From positions 1,440,001-1,504,000 of the forward strand of contig OZ219791.1 of the NCBI GenBank assembly GCA_964291215.2: a DNA stretch of 64,000 nucleotides. Direction: 5' to 3'. A program made the translations under genes and the position numbers. Origin of the DNA: Alphaproteobacteria bacterium. GTDB lineage: Bacteria; Pseudomonadota; Alphaproteobacteria; MPNO01; UBA830. Positions 51,721 through 62,704 of this stretch are shown here, piece after piece (position 1 is the stretch's first letter; each line of letters begins with the position of its first letter). The notes beneath the pieces were generated by a model that worked only from the letters and a program-made list of their open reading frames with translations, was not told the origin of the DNA and ran no database searches.

Positions 51721-52184
51721 TGCGCTGCCATCTCCGCAGGCATGTTCGGGGAGGCTCGGTCGTCAAGACAGGCCCTGGCGTAGGAGTGAATCCGCAGTAC
51801 CATCGCTTGGAGTCCGTTAGCGCGGCTGCCGCTCAGATGGGAGCCGAGTTCGAGAATCTCGAAGAATGCTGCCGACGTGTCGATGATTTCCCGGGGCGTA
51901 CGGTCCGAATAGACCCGCAGCAGGAGCGCGATCAGGCCGCGGACGATGGTCGCGTCCGAATCGGCGGCAAAATGGACATGTCCGTCACGGCACCAGGCAT
52001 GCAGCCAGACTCGGGACTGGCAGCCCGGCACCAGATGGGCGTCGTCCTTGAGGCCGTCAGGCAAGTCGTGGAGATTCCGCCCCATCTCGATGATGTACTC
52101 ATAGCGCTGAATCCAGTCGTCAAAGAAGGCGAATTCCTCAACGATGTCCTGTTTCGTGCGCTCGATGGCAGACAGGTCCGTCAT
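51717..52184 (-). CDS. sufE: Fe-S cluster sulfur acceptor SufE
   Basis: DDWIQRYEYIIEMG, VPGCQSRVWL, ADSDATIVRGL, LSGSRANGL. Confidence 0.92.
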   Translation of the reverse strand: MTDLSAIERTKQDIVEEFAFFDDWIQRYEYIIEMGRNLHDLPDGLKDDAHLVPGCQSRVWLHAWCRDGHVHFAADSDATIVRGLIALLLRVYSDRTPREIIDTSAAFFEILELGSHLSGSRANGLQAMVLRIHSYARACLDDRASPNMPAEMAAQ

Positions 52185-52237
52185 GGCTAGGGATATAGCG
52201 GGTTTCTCGACGCAATGAAACCGGCCCGGGCATTTGC

Positions 52238-52432
52238 CCACGACGATCCCATGCTAATTCAGAGACGCGAAATCCGAATGCGTTGGGGCTCGGCTCATCA
52301 CAGATCGCCTCTTTGATCGCAATTTTCGTGCCAAGAAGGCCCCATCGAGCCTTGGCGGCACGATTGCAGTGCGACGCAAACTGAGAAAATCTCGCCAGTC
52401 GTCGCCGGATTAGCAGCGTGGGATCACCGTGG
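52238..52432. mobile_element. ~195-bp MITE-like element, copy 1
   Basis: TIRs ccacgacgatcccatgct / agcgtgggatcaccgtgg; flanked by a catttgc direct repeat. Homologous to 61925-62118. Confidence 0.85.
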
Positions 52433-52575
52433 CATTTGCCACGCGGCAGTCAATTTTGCTGTGTGCTGCTCACCGGAGGTTTCACAGGCCCGTTTTTCCG
52501 GGTTTTCTGGCTTTGGGGCCGTCAGGCGGCGCCACCGCGCCCGACAGCGCCTGCGGGCGCGACAGCAGCCTGCGC

Positions 52576-52890
52576 CTACCAGCGGATGCCGGAGCGCAGC
52601 ATAACCCCGTGCTGGACCGGAGTGTCCGCATCGTTGTCGTTGGCGGACTCCCTCCGCGTTGCGTCGAGGCTGACCTCGAAGCCGGGACTGTCCCGGATCA
52701 CGGAGGTCACGCGCCAGCCGATGCGGTAGTCGCGCGCACTGGCGCCGAGAGCTGGAAGCCGACGTTCGGCGTCAGGCCCTGCGCGCCGACCACAGCCGCT
52801 CCGCGCCGCTCTCCGGCGCTCCGTATGCCGGCGCCAGGCTGAACGAGAGGGCGCGACCCCGCTCGCCGGGAGCCAGGCGCACCGCCCGAC
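52576..52890 (-). pseudogene. C-terminal remnant of another autotransporter beta-barrel
   Basis: RDYRIGWRVTS...FEVSLDATRRESANDN...HGVMLRSGIRW then stop; terminal W as in ORF 1246-7452. Confidence 0.7.
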
Positions 52891-52909
52891 GCGCCTCACT
52901 AGCGGTCTT

Positions 52910-54330
52910 TCAACCGGACACCGTCGAGTCGATCGATTTCAGCATACCGAGATCCCGCATCATTCGGTAGTGTTCGACGAATTGGAGGAGGATTGAGTAT
53001 CTCTGCCAGAGTTTCTGAGTTCCTGGCCGGGGTTGGCGTTTGCTGGGGATGAAGCCTGCCAGGCGCGCGATGTCGATGGCGAAGGCTTCGATGGTCAGTT
53101 CCGGATCGGGAGGCGCGCGCGGTTTGCGTTTGTTGTGCTGCCTGTCGGTCATGTGGATGTTGAGGACCGTGATCTCGTCGCGGTGGATAATGCGGCTGGC
53201 CAGCGTGTTGAGCTCCGAGCGTGCGAGACGCTCGACGGTCATGACGTGATATGCGGTGATGGCATCGAAGGTTAGGCATTTCTTCAGGTCGTCGTCCTGG
53301 TCGAGGTACCGGTCCTCGGTTCGCATGCCGACCTGCAGGGCCTTGAGGTACTCTCCAATCAACCATCGCCTCTCGTAGAAGGAGACGGTGTCGAGGGCAT
53401 CGGCCGCGGTGACCTCGCCTTCGGTAGTGAGCAGCATCCAGTCGAGAGGATCTGCCGGTGGGCCGGGTTCCGTGACATGCACGACCATCACAGGCAGCGG
53501 CGGCGTTCCCCGGGACTTGCTGCCCGGTGGGGCAAGGTCGACCCTTGCCATGCGGACTTCGACGCGCACATCCTTGCGCTCCTTGCGGCGACGCGGCCCT
53601 CCGCAGGCTGCGGTGTCGATCGGCTTCGTCGCGATGCACGGCTCATCGGGCATGTGGTCCCAAAGGTCCCGGTGCGCGCCCGTTGTGGTAACCACGCGCC
53701 GCCGTGTCGAGCGCCTGACGCGCACCAGCAGACCAGCCCTGTGCTCGGTGCTCCGGGCCAGCAGGTCCCGGATGTTGCCTTCATGGTTACGAGATCACGG
53801 TGGGGAGATCACGGATCACCGGCACTTTTGTCGAGGGACAGGCCAGTTCCACGGCCCTGTCGTACCCGCCGGCTCTCCTTGTCGTCCGCCTCGTGCCCCG
53901 GCCGCCGCCGGAAGTCGGCATCGAAATGGAACAGGCCGAGGGCACAGCCGCCTTCGGTGAAGGCGACCCCGGCATGGGCCGCAATATCAAGAGCACCCGA
54001 GCCGCCGCGACCGATGTCGACAAGACCCGCCTCCAGGCCATTGTAATTCAGGAACATCGTGTCCTGGATGGCAAGGACCCGGCGCTGCGGACGGCAGCGC
54101 TCCACCATCGCTTCCTGATGCTCCTCGAGGATATGGTCCATCGGTCACCTTCGGGTTCGACAACAGGCGGCAGGCCGCCTTCTGCTCCGCCCCGCCGGGG
54201 AAGATCACCGGCAGGATCTCTCCGGGACGATCATTCCACGCCCATGGTGATAAGGCGGTCGCGGATGCGCACACGGCGATCCCACGCCAGGTTTGTTGGA
54301 AGGGTCGGTTTCGCTTGTTCCAGATGATTC
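52910..54330 (-). mobile_element. IS4-family (IS50/Tn5-like) transposase remnant
   Basis: LLSNPKV, LAIQDT..LNY, LDWMLLTT, YERRWLIGEYLKALQVG, ARLAGF...PGTQKLW. Confidence 0.85.
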
Positions 54331-54439
54331 GCATTTTTGCCGACTTTTTGTGAAGCGGCGCAGTATCCGTTGTCGTGGAGGCAGCGGATTTTTTTGAGAC
54401 GACTCCGAAGGGTTTTGCGCTCCGGGATGTGGTTGTGCG

Positions 54440-55558
54440 CCTTGCGCGGCCTGATGTCGCTGGAATCGTGCGGTTGACGGTATCCTGGTTTCAAGCAGTT
54501 TGCCGGTCGAGGTCTGCGTGTTCACCTGGCGCGGGCGGTGGATTGGTGCTGCGGGCTGGCAGACGGGCGCCCTCAGCTGCGCGGGACCGCTGGATTGGCT
54601 GGCGCCGCGAGGAACAGTTCAGGCGGTTGCCGGGAACAACACGAGGTTTGTTGTTCCTGGTGGTCGTTTCCGGGCCTCTTTTGCGTTGTCGCGGATGGTG
54701 CGGCGGCGACCGGGAGGCTGCCGTTGCTTGTTGCGGAGAAGTTTGTCTCGCCGACGAAGTTCAGCGGCACCATGTACAAGGCGGCGAACCGGGAGTGCGT
54801 TGGCAGGAGCCATGCGCGCGCCAGCGGGCGCCGACCGGGGAGGCGAAGGATCCTTACGTTTTTCCGCTGCGTCGTGACGCGGGATCGTTCGCCGCTTCCT
54901 GCGGCGTGGGAGTTGCGGGCGCCGCCGGTCGGCGCAGGAGTTGCGCTCGATTTATCAGCGGCGCTTTCCGGCGCGCGCAGGGGCACCGCATCGCCTCGGT
55001 GCTGTGCGTGATTTTGCTGGCTTGCGAACCGGCACGGTTGCGGCGGCGCACTACGACGCAGAAGGAGCTGGAGCAGCGTGGAAGAACAGGGACAAGCCGG
55101 TCTCCACCGTGCACCGGGTGCTGCAGAACACCGACCCGGGATGGATCGAGGACGCGGCGCGCAGCCGCAGGTCGGCAACGCGGTCGACGGCAAGCGCACC
55201 GGCGAGGATCATTACGAGACGGTCTCGCTGGCCGGTATTCGATCCTCAACTGTCACGGCGGGGAGATCGCTGCCGTCCACGCCGCGACGGCGCCGGCCGT
55301 CTGCTCACCCTCGACGCGCTCCACACCACCCGCGAGGCTGATCGTCGAGACCCATCGCGCGGACTGATGGTCAAGGGCAACGCGCCTTCGAGAGCATCAA
55401 CTGGAAGACCGCGAGCGCTACAGCGAAAAGCCCGCGCATGGCCGCCAGCGCACCATCTTCACCCCGCTGGCGAAGATGATCAACTAGTCAAGCAGATCTT
55501 CCGCGTCACCCGGCGCGTCGAATTCAGGAAATCCGGAAAACCGAACACGCCATGACCT
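54440..55558 (+). mobile_element. ISAs1-family transposase with DUF4338-like N-terminal domain, 5' part (decayed)
   Basis: ARDRWIGW, NNTRF, E.FV.P.KF.GT.YKAAN (DUF4338-like); VDGKR, GGEIAAV, TLDALHT, VKGN (ISAs1). Confidence 0.7.
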
Positions 55559-55559
55559 C

Positions 55560-56751
55560 CCCCGTTCCATAGTGAAGTGCAACACATGATGGGCTGTGGC
55601 CATGTGTTTTTAGACGCATGATGTTGCGGAGCTGTCCAGCAGCGGCGAGAGTTCCTGTACAAGATGGAGGGAGCTTGTTCATGTCCAAAGGCTACCGTCA
55701 CCTACGAAGAGCGATGTCAGATTGAGGCAGAAAAGCGGTCTTTCACAAGGTGCGATTGCTCGGCAGCTGGGCCGTTCAACAATTTTCCGAGAGATCAAGC
55801 GCAACACCGGGGGACGGGGTTACCGTCACAAGCAGGCGCAAAGGATGGCAGAAACGCGCCGCAGGGCCGCCTCGTCTGTTTCTTGGCGGTTGACGCCTCA
55901 ACGATGAGCTGAAGCTCAGAAAAAGCTGCGGGAGGGCCCCGAGCAGCGGCCGTTTTCGACTGGAAGGCCGTGAACGGATCCATGATCGCCGAAGATCGGA
56001 GAGCCGGGGGCGTCTTGTGGAAGAAGCTTCGGCGGCGCGGCAAGAAGCCGAACTGGAAGGGCGGATGCCATTCCGGCCGGGTGGACATTTCCGAGCGCCC
56101 TGCGGAGGCAAAGGAACGGATCGGCGACTGGGAGCCATCATCGGCAAAGCTCACAGTGGAGCTGTCGTGTCGCTCGTGCCACGAAATACACCTTGCTGGG
56201 TGGACAGAAAGACACGGTTGGTATGATCCGCCTGCTCGGCTCTGGTGCGCTATTGGTCCACACAATCACAACGGCAAGGAGTTCGCAGACCACAGGCGTG
56301 TCGCACTTGACGCAGATTTCTTCTTCGCCTTTCCATTCCTGGGAGCGCGGCTTGAATGAGCACACCAACGGCCTGGTGCGGGAGTACTTCCCGAAGGGCA
56401 CGGACTTTCGCGCGACATGCAACGAAGATGTTCAGAAGGTGCGGCTCAACACTCGGAAAGTCCTGGGATCGCCGACGGAGGTAATCTTGAAGTGAAACCG
56501 CGCTGACCATCTGCGCCATGTTCCGCAGCCGCAACGTGCAGCAGGGTCCATGCCGCGCGACGGCGAAATAGTGGCTTGAAGCCGACAAAGGCGTTGCATA
56601 AGCTCGATGTTGAAGGAACTGAAGCTGTTCCCAAGCGGAATCGAGAGGGGCAGAGGGGAAAAATTTGCGCAACACCCGGCCCTCATCTCCGTTCGGGCTA
56701 CGCCCTCACTGCGATGAGGGCCGGGTGTTGCACTTCAGACTGGAAGTGGGG
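55560..56751 (+). mobile_element. IS30-family element, both ends present, transposase decayed
   Basis: TIRs ccccgttccatagtgaagtgcaacac / gtgttgcacttcagactggaagtgggg; RIGDWE, NGKEF, HSWERGLNEHTNGLVREYFPKGTDF. Confidence 0.92.
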
Positions 56752-58094
56752 CCTTATATGACTAGGTTTTGTCCCCTTGATGATGAAATCATCCACAGCA
56801 GTTGGGGGCGGGAAAATGTGGATCTGTGGGAGAGCTATGGTTGCAGAGAGATTCCGCTCCTCTGTGCGAACACGCACAGGGGAGCGGGGATCAAACGATC
56901 TCCGCGGAGGTTGCCGTTTTAACCTTGACAGAGCCGCGACCGAGTGTGGTCGGCCAACCTCCCTTGACGTCCCTCGCTGGATGCTTGGGTTTGAACCCGT
57001 ATCATCGTAAGGCGAGGAGCAAGGGACGATGGTCAAGGTAGTAGCAGGGGTCAGCCAGTCTGGACATCTGGCGCATTGTTTTGCGAACGACGCCACGAGC
57101 TGGCGGGCAGGTGGCTTCGCGGCCTCGGGGTGAGCTGGGTGGTGGGCGACAGGCCGCTATCACCGCAAGGTTCACCAGTGTCTTCATGACCGGGGCTTCG
57201 AGGTTATTCTCGTCAACCCGTTGCGGGCTTCGCCGAGGCGATGGGCCAACCGCGTCGACGCCAAGATCGGCTGGGCGATCTTGAGTCTGTGGCTCCGCCT
57301 TCCTCAAGAGCCTGGAGGATCTCCTGGTGCCGCGCTTGTCGACGCCAAGCAGGTGGCAGATGAGGTGGATGGCGAGACCGTCACAAGGGCCTCGGCGGCC
57401 GATCTCGATGATCGCATTGCCGGCGCGGCGACCAAAGCGGTGATCGGCGGTGATCCCGAGCAGAGGTACGCCATCCTGACCTCGATCCGGTGACCGCCGC
57501 GGCCCTTCTTTGCTGGATGCCCGAACTCGGCAGTGTCGGCAGCCTTGATCGGGGTGGCGCCAACGACCACGGTGCTAGGCACATCCGTGGCGGGCGCCGA
57601 AGGCCACGTGATCTCCTGCTCATGGCCGCAACCGGCACGCTTCAACGCGGACCTGGTGCGCCTCAAGACTGCCGGCAAGCAAGGTCGCGATTGTCGCCGT
57701 GATGCGCAAGCTCTGGCGAACACCTTGCTGCGACAGCAGCGTTGCCTGAAGCACCGGTGAGTGAGCGAAGGAGACACGGCCCTGCCGAGAGCGCGATCGG
57801 GACTGTCTCGACAGTCTCCCTCTACGACACGACTTGGGGAGAATGTCTGCAGATCATCGTCGAGGTCGACATCAAGGAGATCGAACCGCCTTGGGACACC
57901 TGGAACCCGGACGGTCACGTGCCCGGGGACGGCAAGGTAGCCGCGTTCACGTGACTAATGGACGGCAACCCGCCGCCGGGACCACAAGCTTCATGTCGCC
58001 TCGCTCGCAGAGCAAATCCCACACCGCTTGCGGACAACCACAGAAAACATCACCACAGACACCCGCAAAAACCTTGCCAAGAAACATGGATGCT
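56751..58094 (+). mobile_element. IS110-family element with passenger, copy 2 (decayed)
   Basis: Inverted homologue of 47155-48758; ATG 57029; ILTSI, VTAAALLCWMPELGSVGSL, RHIRGGRR. Confidence 0.8.
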
Positions 58095-58545
58095 CGGTCG
58101 AACGCGCCTCGCCGCAACAGTTGCTCGCATGGAATCGCGGACACTGGGTGGTCGAGAGCCATCATCATGTCCGCGACGCCACCTTCCGCGAAGACGACCC
58201 CATGCTCCGAACGCGCCCGCAAACAACGCGATCACCCTTGCAATCATCATCCGCAACAAGCGCAAGCTGCGCAAACCCTTCAACAGCTTCCCACCATGGC
58301 AACAAGCGCAAGCAGGTCCTGCACGCAATCACAAGACCAGGCTGACCGCGCCTTTCTCCCCGACAGAAACCGCAAGCTTTCGAGCCCGGCAACCAAGGCC
58401 TCTCGCTCGCCCCGGATACGCCGACCAATCGCGCCCCGCGCCGCAACAGCGCGTCAGCAAATCTCAAAATCGCAGCCTCGAACGCGTCGACCCGCGCCGC
58501 GATCAGGACTCTGATCACATCACATCAACAAGCATGAGATCACTT
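58095..58545 (+). mobile_element. ISAs1-family transposase 3' part
   Basis: VERASPQQLLAWNRGHWVVESHHHVRDATFRED; continues the reading broken at 55558. Confidence 0.78.
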
Positions 58546-58549
58546 TGGC

Positions 58550-59097
58550 TTGGAGATTTCCCGGGACGGGGCGCCAGAGAAGAAAACGCCTTGCTCGAGA
58601 CGCTGGGAGCGCTGTTTCCAATCATCCTCCTTCTGATGTACGAGGTGATGGCTGGCCTGCTCCGCAGCTACTGAAAACCCCTCGTAGCAATCCTTGGCGT
58701 CCCGGTTGTCTGCGGTGGAGCGGTGTTCGGCCGCTGGATGCTGGGATGAGATCTGGTCGCTGTTTCTCTGTTCGGCATGATCGACATCGTAGGGATGATA
58801 GTGAACGACGCGCTGGTCCTGATCGACGGTTACAATATGATCCGCCGCGAGTACCCCGCCATTCCGGCCATCGCGGCCGCGTCCGGCGCCACGCGCGATC
58901 GTTTCCGTGCCGTGTTTCTGACCTCTCTGACGACCGTGCTCGGGCTCTCGCCCCTCCTCTACGAGCGCAGCGACGAACTCCTGTTCCTCGTGCCATTTGC
59001 GGTCAGCATGCTGGGCGGCCTTATCGTCGCGGCTGCCTCGATCCTGTTCCTGCTGCCGGCGATGGTGATGCTGGTCGAGGGCCGTCGGGAAGTCTGA
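58550..59097 (+). pseudogene. C-terminal remnant of an AcrB/RND efflux permease
   Basis: GMIVNDALVLID, RDRFRAVFLTSLTTVLGLSPLL, VPFAVSMLGGL; internal stops and frameshifts upstream. Confidence 0.8.
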
Positions 59098-59463
59098 CGC
59101 CTCTCGCTTGCCGGGGGCGACGGCTCATACCGTTGCCGCGCTGCTCGGGTCCCGGCACGGCGCCGAACATGGCATTGCGCCGCCGGCCCCGTCCGCGGGC
59201 TCCGATCATCCGAACCGGCTTTTGATCCATCCGGCCGATTGCCGGAGGCTCTTTCCCGGACCCGCAATAGCGGTAAGATCGGAACGGTGCCGACAACCGC
59301 CTGCCGGGTCGGTCGCACATGACGGCTGGTTGTTGCGGGCCGGCGAGGGAACGGATCACGCCAGTCGCCGATGCGGCAAAATGCGAAGAAAACGCCTCCG
59401 ATCGTGTTTCCGATTCGGCCGATTCAGGATAGCCTCCGGCAATCTGGAGTCGGAGCCGTCATC

Positions 59464-60660
59464 TTGGCAGACATTCATTCAAGCCTCATGCCGTTCCTCT
59501 GGATGTTGCCGCCGGAGGCATCTCACCGGCTGGCGATTTCCGCTCTCAAATGGGGTTTTGGGCCGCGCGACCGAAATCTGGATGATCCCGTTCTCGCAAC
59601 ATCGGTCTGGGGACTCGACTTCCGGAATCCCGTCGGCCTCGCCGCAGGGTTCGACAAGGGCGCAGAGGTGCCTGACGCCATGATGGCGGCCGGATTTGGG
59701 TTCGCCGAGGCCGGCACCGTCACGCCGCTGCCTCAGCCCGGCAATGTGCGCCCCCGGCTGTTCCGACTCTCCGCCGACCAGGCCGTGATCAACCGCTTCG
59801 GTTTCAACAGCGAAGGACTCGAACCCTTCGTGAGGCGCATTTCGCGGCGCCGACGCGGCGCGGGACCGTTCGGCGCCAATATCGGCAGGAACAAGTCGAG
59901 CAGCAACGGCGCGGCCGACTACGAGATCTGCATCGAGGCGGTGGCGCCTCACGTCGACTTCATCGTCATCAACATCTCGTCGCCCAACACCCCGGGATTG
60001 CGCGCGATGCAGAAGCCCGAGGCGCTGTCGTGCCTCCTCGCCAGCGCGGTCGCGGCCCGCAACCGCGCGGCAGCGGGCTACGGCCGGCAGCCGCCGCTTA
60101 TTACCAAGATTTCGCCGGACCTTGCCGGGAATGAACTCGAAGAACTCGCCGATGTCGCGCTCGAGGCAGGCGTCGACGGCCTGACTGTGGTCAACACCAC
60201 CGTAGCGCGCCCCGGCGGCATGTCCGATCCCGGGCGGCACGAGGCCGGCGGCCTGAGCGGCGCCCCGTTGTTTCCGATGGCCATCAACGCGGTCAGCAGG
60301 GTGTATGGGAGAACGCGGGGACGCATTCCGATCATCGGTTCGGGCGGCGTCGCCTCCGGCGCCGATGCCTATGCCATGATCCGCGCAGGCGCCTCGCTGA
60401 TTCAGTTCTACACGGCAATGGTGTTCCACGGACCGGGACTCGTCCGCCAGATCAAATCGGATCTCGCCCGGCATCTGCAGCGCGATGGATTCGCGGCCGT
60501 CGCAGACGCCGTCGGCGCCGATGCAGGACGGAAGCGGCCGCGGGCAAGGCCTGACGCACCGCGCCCGGAGGAGGCGTGCGGGACCGGTATTCCGGTTCCG
60601 GCGCTTGCGGGCGCCGTGGCGGCGCACTACCCCGGGGAAGGCGCCGAAGCGCATCCGTGA
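59464..60660 (+). CDS. pyrD: Quinone-dependent dihydroorotate dehydrogenase
   Basis: NPVGLAAGFDK, GTVTPLPQPGN, INRFGFNS, NISSPNTPGLR, KISPD, GGLSG. Start uncertain. Confidence 0.95.
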   Translation: MADIHSSLMPFLWMLPPEASHRLAISALKWGFGPRDRNLDDPVLATSVWGLDFRNPVGLAAGFDKGAEVPDAMMAAGFGFAEAGTVTPLPQPGNVRPRLFRLSADQAVINRFGFNSEGLEPFVRRISRRRRGAGPFGANIGRNKSSSNGAADYEICIEAVAPHVDFIVINISSPNTPGLRAMQKPEALSCLLASAVAARNRAAAGYGRQPPLITKISPDLAGNELEELADVALEAGVDGLTVVNTTVARPGGMSDPGRHEAGGLSGAPLFPMAINAVSRVYGRTRGRIPIIGSGGVASGADAYAMIRAGASLIQFYTAMVFHGPGLVRQIKSDLARHLQRDGFAAVADAVGADAGRKRPRARPDAPRPEEACGTGIPVPALAGAVAAHYPGEGAEAHP

Positions 60661-60791
60661 CCGCATCCTGCCGTCTGGCGGGAGAGGCTGCCGGCGCCTA
60701 TCATGCCCCTTCGAGCAGCGAATTGCAGGCGCAGTTCGTGCATCGATCCGACGCCGCCACCCGGAAGATGCGGAGTGTCCCCGGAGGCCGG

Positions 60792-61700
60792 ATGACGCTG
60801 AAAACCACCGACAACGATCTGGCGGCCTTCAGGGCCGGAGCAAATCTCCGGTCGCGATTCGAGACGCTGACGGTGTGAAAGAACAATAACCAGCGCGCCC
60901 CGCACAAGCCGCTCCTCGCACTCTGGGCCATCGGGCGCTGCCTTCGCAGCGAAGACCGGTTTGCCGGCTACCGGGCCGTTGACGAGGATCTTCGGAAGCT
61001 GCTGAAGGAGTTCGGACCACCCCGCAAGTCCCTTCATCCCGAGTTGCCGTTCTGGCACCTGCAGCGTGACGGCGTATGGGAAATCCCGGACCGGGGCCGG
61101 ATTTCCCTGGGTAAGGGCGGTAGCTTGCCCCGCAGGTTCCTCATGGAACAGGACATCGCCGACGGTTTCCCGTACCCGATCTACCGGGCATTTCGCAACA
61201 ACCCCGCTCTCGCCATCGAAACCGCCCATGTGCTCGCGGTCGCGCACTTTCCGGACACCCGCCGGGGTGAAGTCCTCGCGGCCGTCGGTCTCGATCCCGA
61301 GATCGGCCCCGACGGTCTTGTCGCGACGGCCGGCGGGAGCCGCACACGCGACCCCCGTTTCCGCGAGAACGTGCTCGCCGCCTGCGGCCACCGGTGCGCC
61401 GTCTGCAGTTTCGCCATCCGCCTCCCCGACAAGGTGCTCGCGCTCGACGCCGCGCACATCCGCTGGCACGGGGCCGACGGCCCGGACAAGGTCGGAAACG
61501 GCATGGCGCTCTGCGTCATGAATCACAAGCTCTTCGACACGGACGCCTTCACGGTCGTCCCCGGCGATCTAACGGTGATCGTTGCACGCTCGGTCAGCGG
61601 TTCGGGATCGAAGAGATGGCTTGGCAGATTCGACCGGCAGCCGCTCCGGGTGAAGCCCGAACGCGAGCCGCCCGAAGCCACCCATTTCAAGTGGTATGGT
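60792..61700 (+). pseudogene. SBD-HNH type (phosphorothioate-dependent-like) restriction endonuclease with one premature TGA and a truncated end
   Basis: RAPHKPLLALW, PFWHLQRDGVW, RDPRFRENVL, CAVC, DAAHIRW, NGMALC..NHKLFD. In-frame TGA at 60876-60878. Confidence 0.75.
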
Positions 61701-61739
61701 AACTGCTCGCCCCTGCTAATCATTGATCGCCTTTTCTGA

Positions 61740-62307
61740 TGGCGTTCGCATCCAGGAACTCGCCGCCGATCCGGTCCTCGACGCTCTTCCGTCCCGGGAG
61801 AAGCACTGGCTCGACATCCTGCGCATGATCGCCTACCGCGCCGAAACCCGGAGGATGACGGCCGCGGCGAAGGAGCAGGGCAGGAAACCGCGCCCGCAAA
61901 GACCCCTCCGCGCCCTCCTGCAGACCACGGTGATCCCATGCTGATTCCGAGACGCGAAATCCGAATGTGTTGGGGCTCGCGTTATCACGGATCGCCCCTT
62001 GATCGCAATTTTTCGCGCCGAGAAAGTCTCATCGAGCCTTGGCGGCACGATTGCAGCGCAACGCAGACCGAAAAATCTCGCCGGTCGCCGCTGGATTAGC
62101 AGCGTGGGATCGCCGTGGCCTGCAGGCCGACGCTGAAATCCTCTCCGAACTCGAACCGGGGTCCTCCGGGTGCGCATCCCCGAATCCGCCTGCAACGCCG
62201 GCGATGCCGCCATCGTGGGGCTGCTGAAGGAATTCAACAAAACCGGCACCTGCGTTCTCGGAACCGAACTCCGCATGGTCTACGATCTGCCTCCGAAGCC
62301 CGCCTGA
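61740..62307 (+). pseudogene. Transposase C-terminal remnant interrupted by a MITE
   Basis: LDILRMIAYRAETR...LRALLQ, MITE, then ADAEIL...LLKEFNKTGTCVLGTELRMVYDL. Confidence 0.65.
61925..62118. mobile_element. ~194-bp MITE-like element, copy 2
   Basis: TIRs ccacggtgatcccatgctg / cagcgtgggatcgccgtgg; cctgcag repeated on both flanks. Confidence 0.88.
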
Positions 62308-62704
62308 GCGGCCGCCGGAGGGCCATGGTTCTAGCCTGCCAATTCTCCCGAGGTCATGACATCTGAAGCTGCACCGCCGAACTCCTCAGCCGGCACGATG
62401 GAACCCGCGCCGCGGGCTCGGCACCGCGTTGCTGACCCGGCGCCACCAGCCGGAAAGCAAGACCGGCCGAAGACCGGAACGGTTCTTGCCCACCGGAACC
62501 CGCACCTCCGGTTCCCGGCAATGGGTCAGGGAAGGGGACAAGAAAAGATGCTTGGCCTGAACGCCGTCAGGAACGGCAATTCATGACCAGCAGGGGTGAG
62601 CAGTTACGTGGTATGTCTCCGAGGTCTTTCGCGATCCGGATATTGCCGCCTGACCGGTGCGGAACCCTGCCGCGACCGTCCCGCGGAACGCCGCGTCTTG
62701 CGGA

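Noticed and set aside
60876-60878. TGA recoded as Trp or Sec in the HNH gene
   Set aside because: Many intact genes here end in TGA and no SECIS-like context is evident; a nonsense mutation is simpler.
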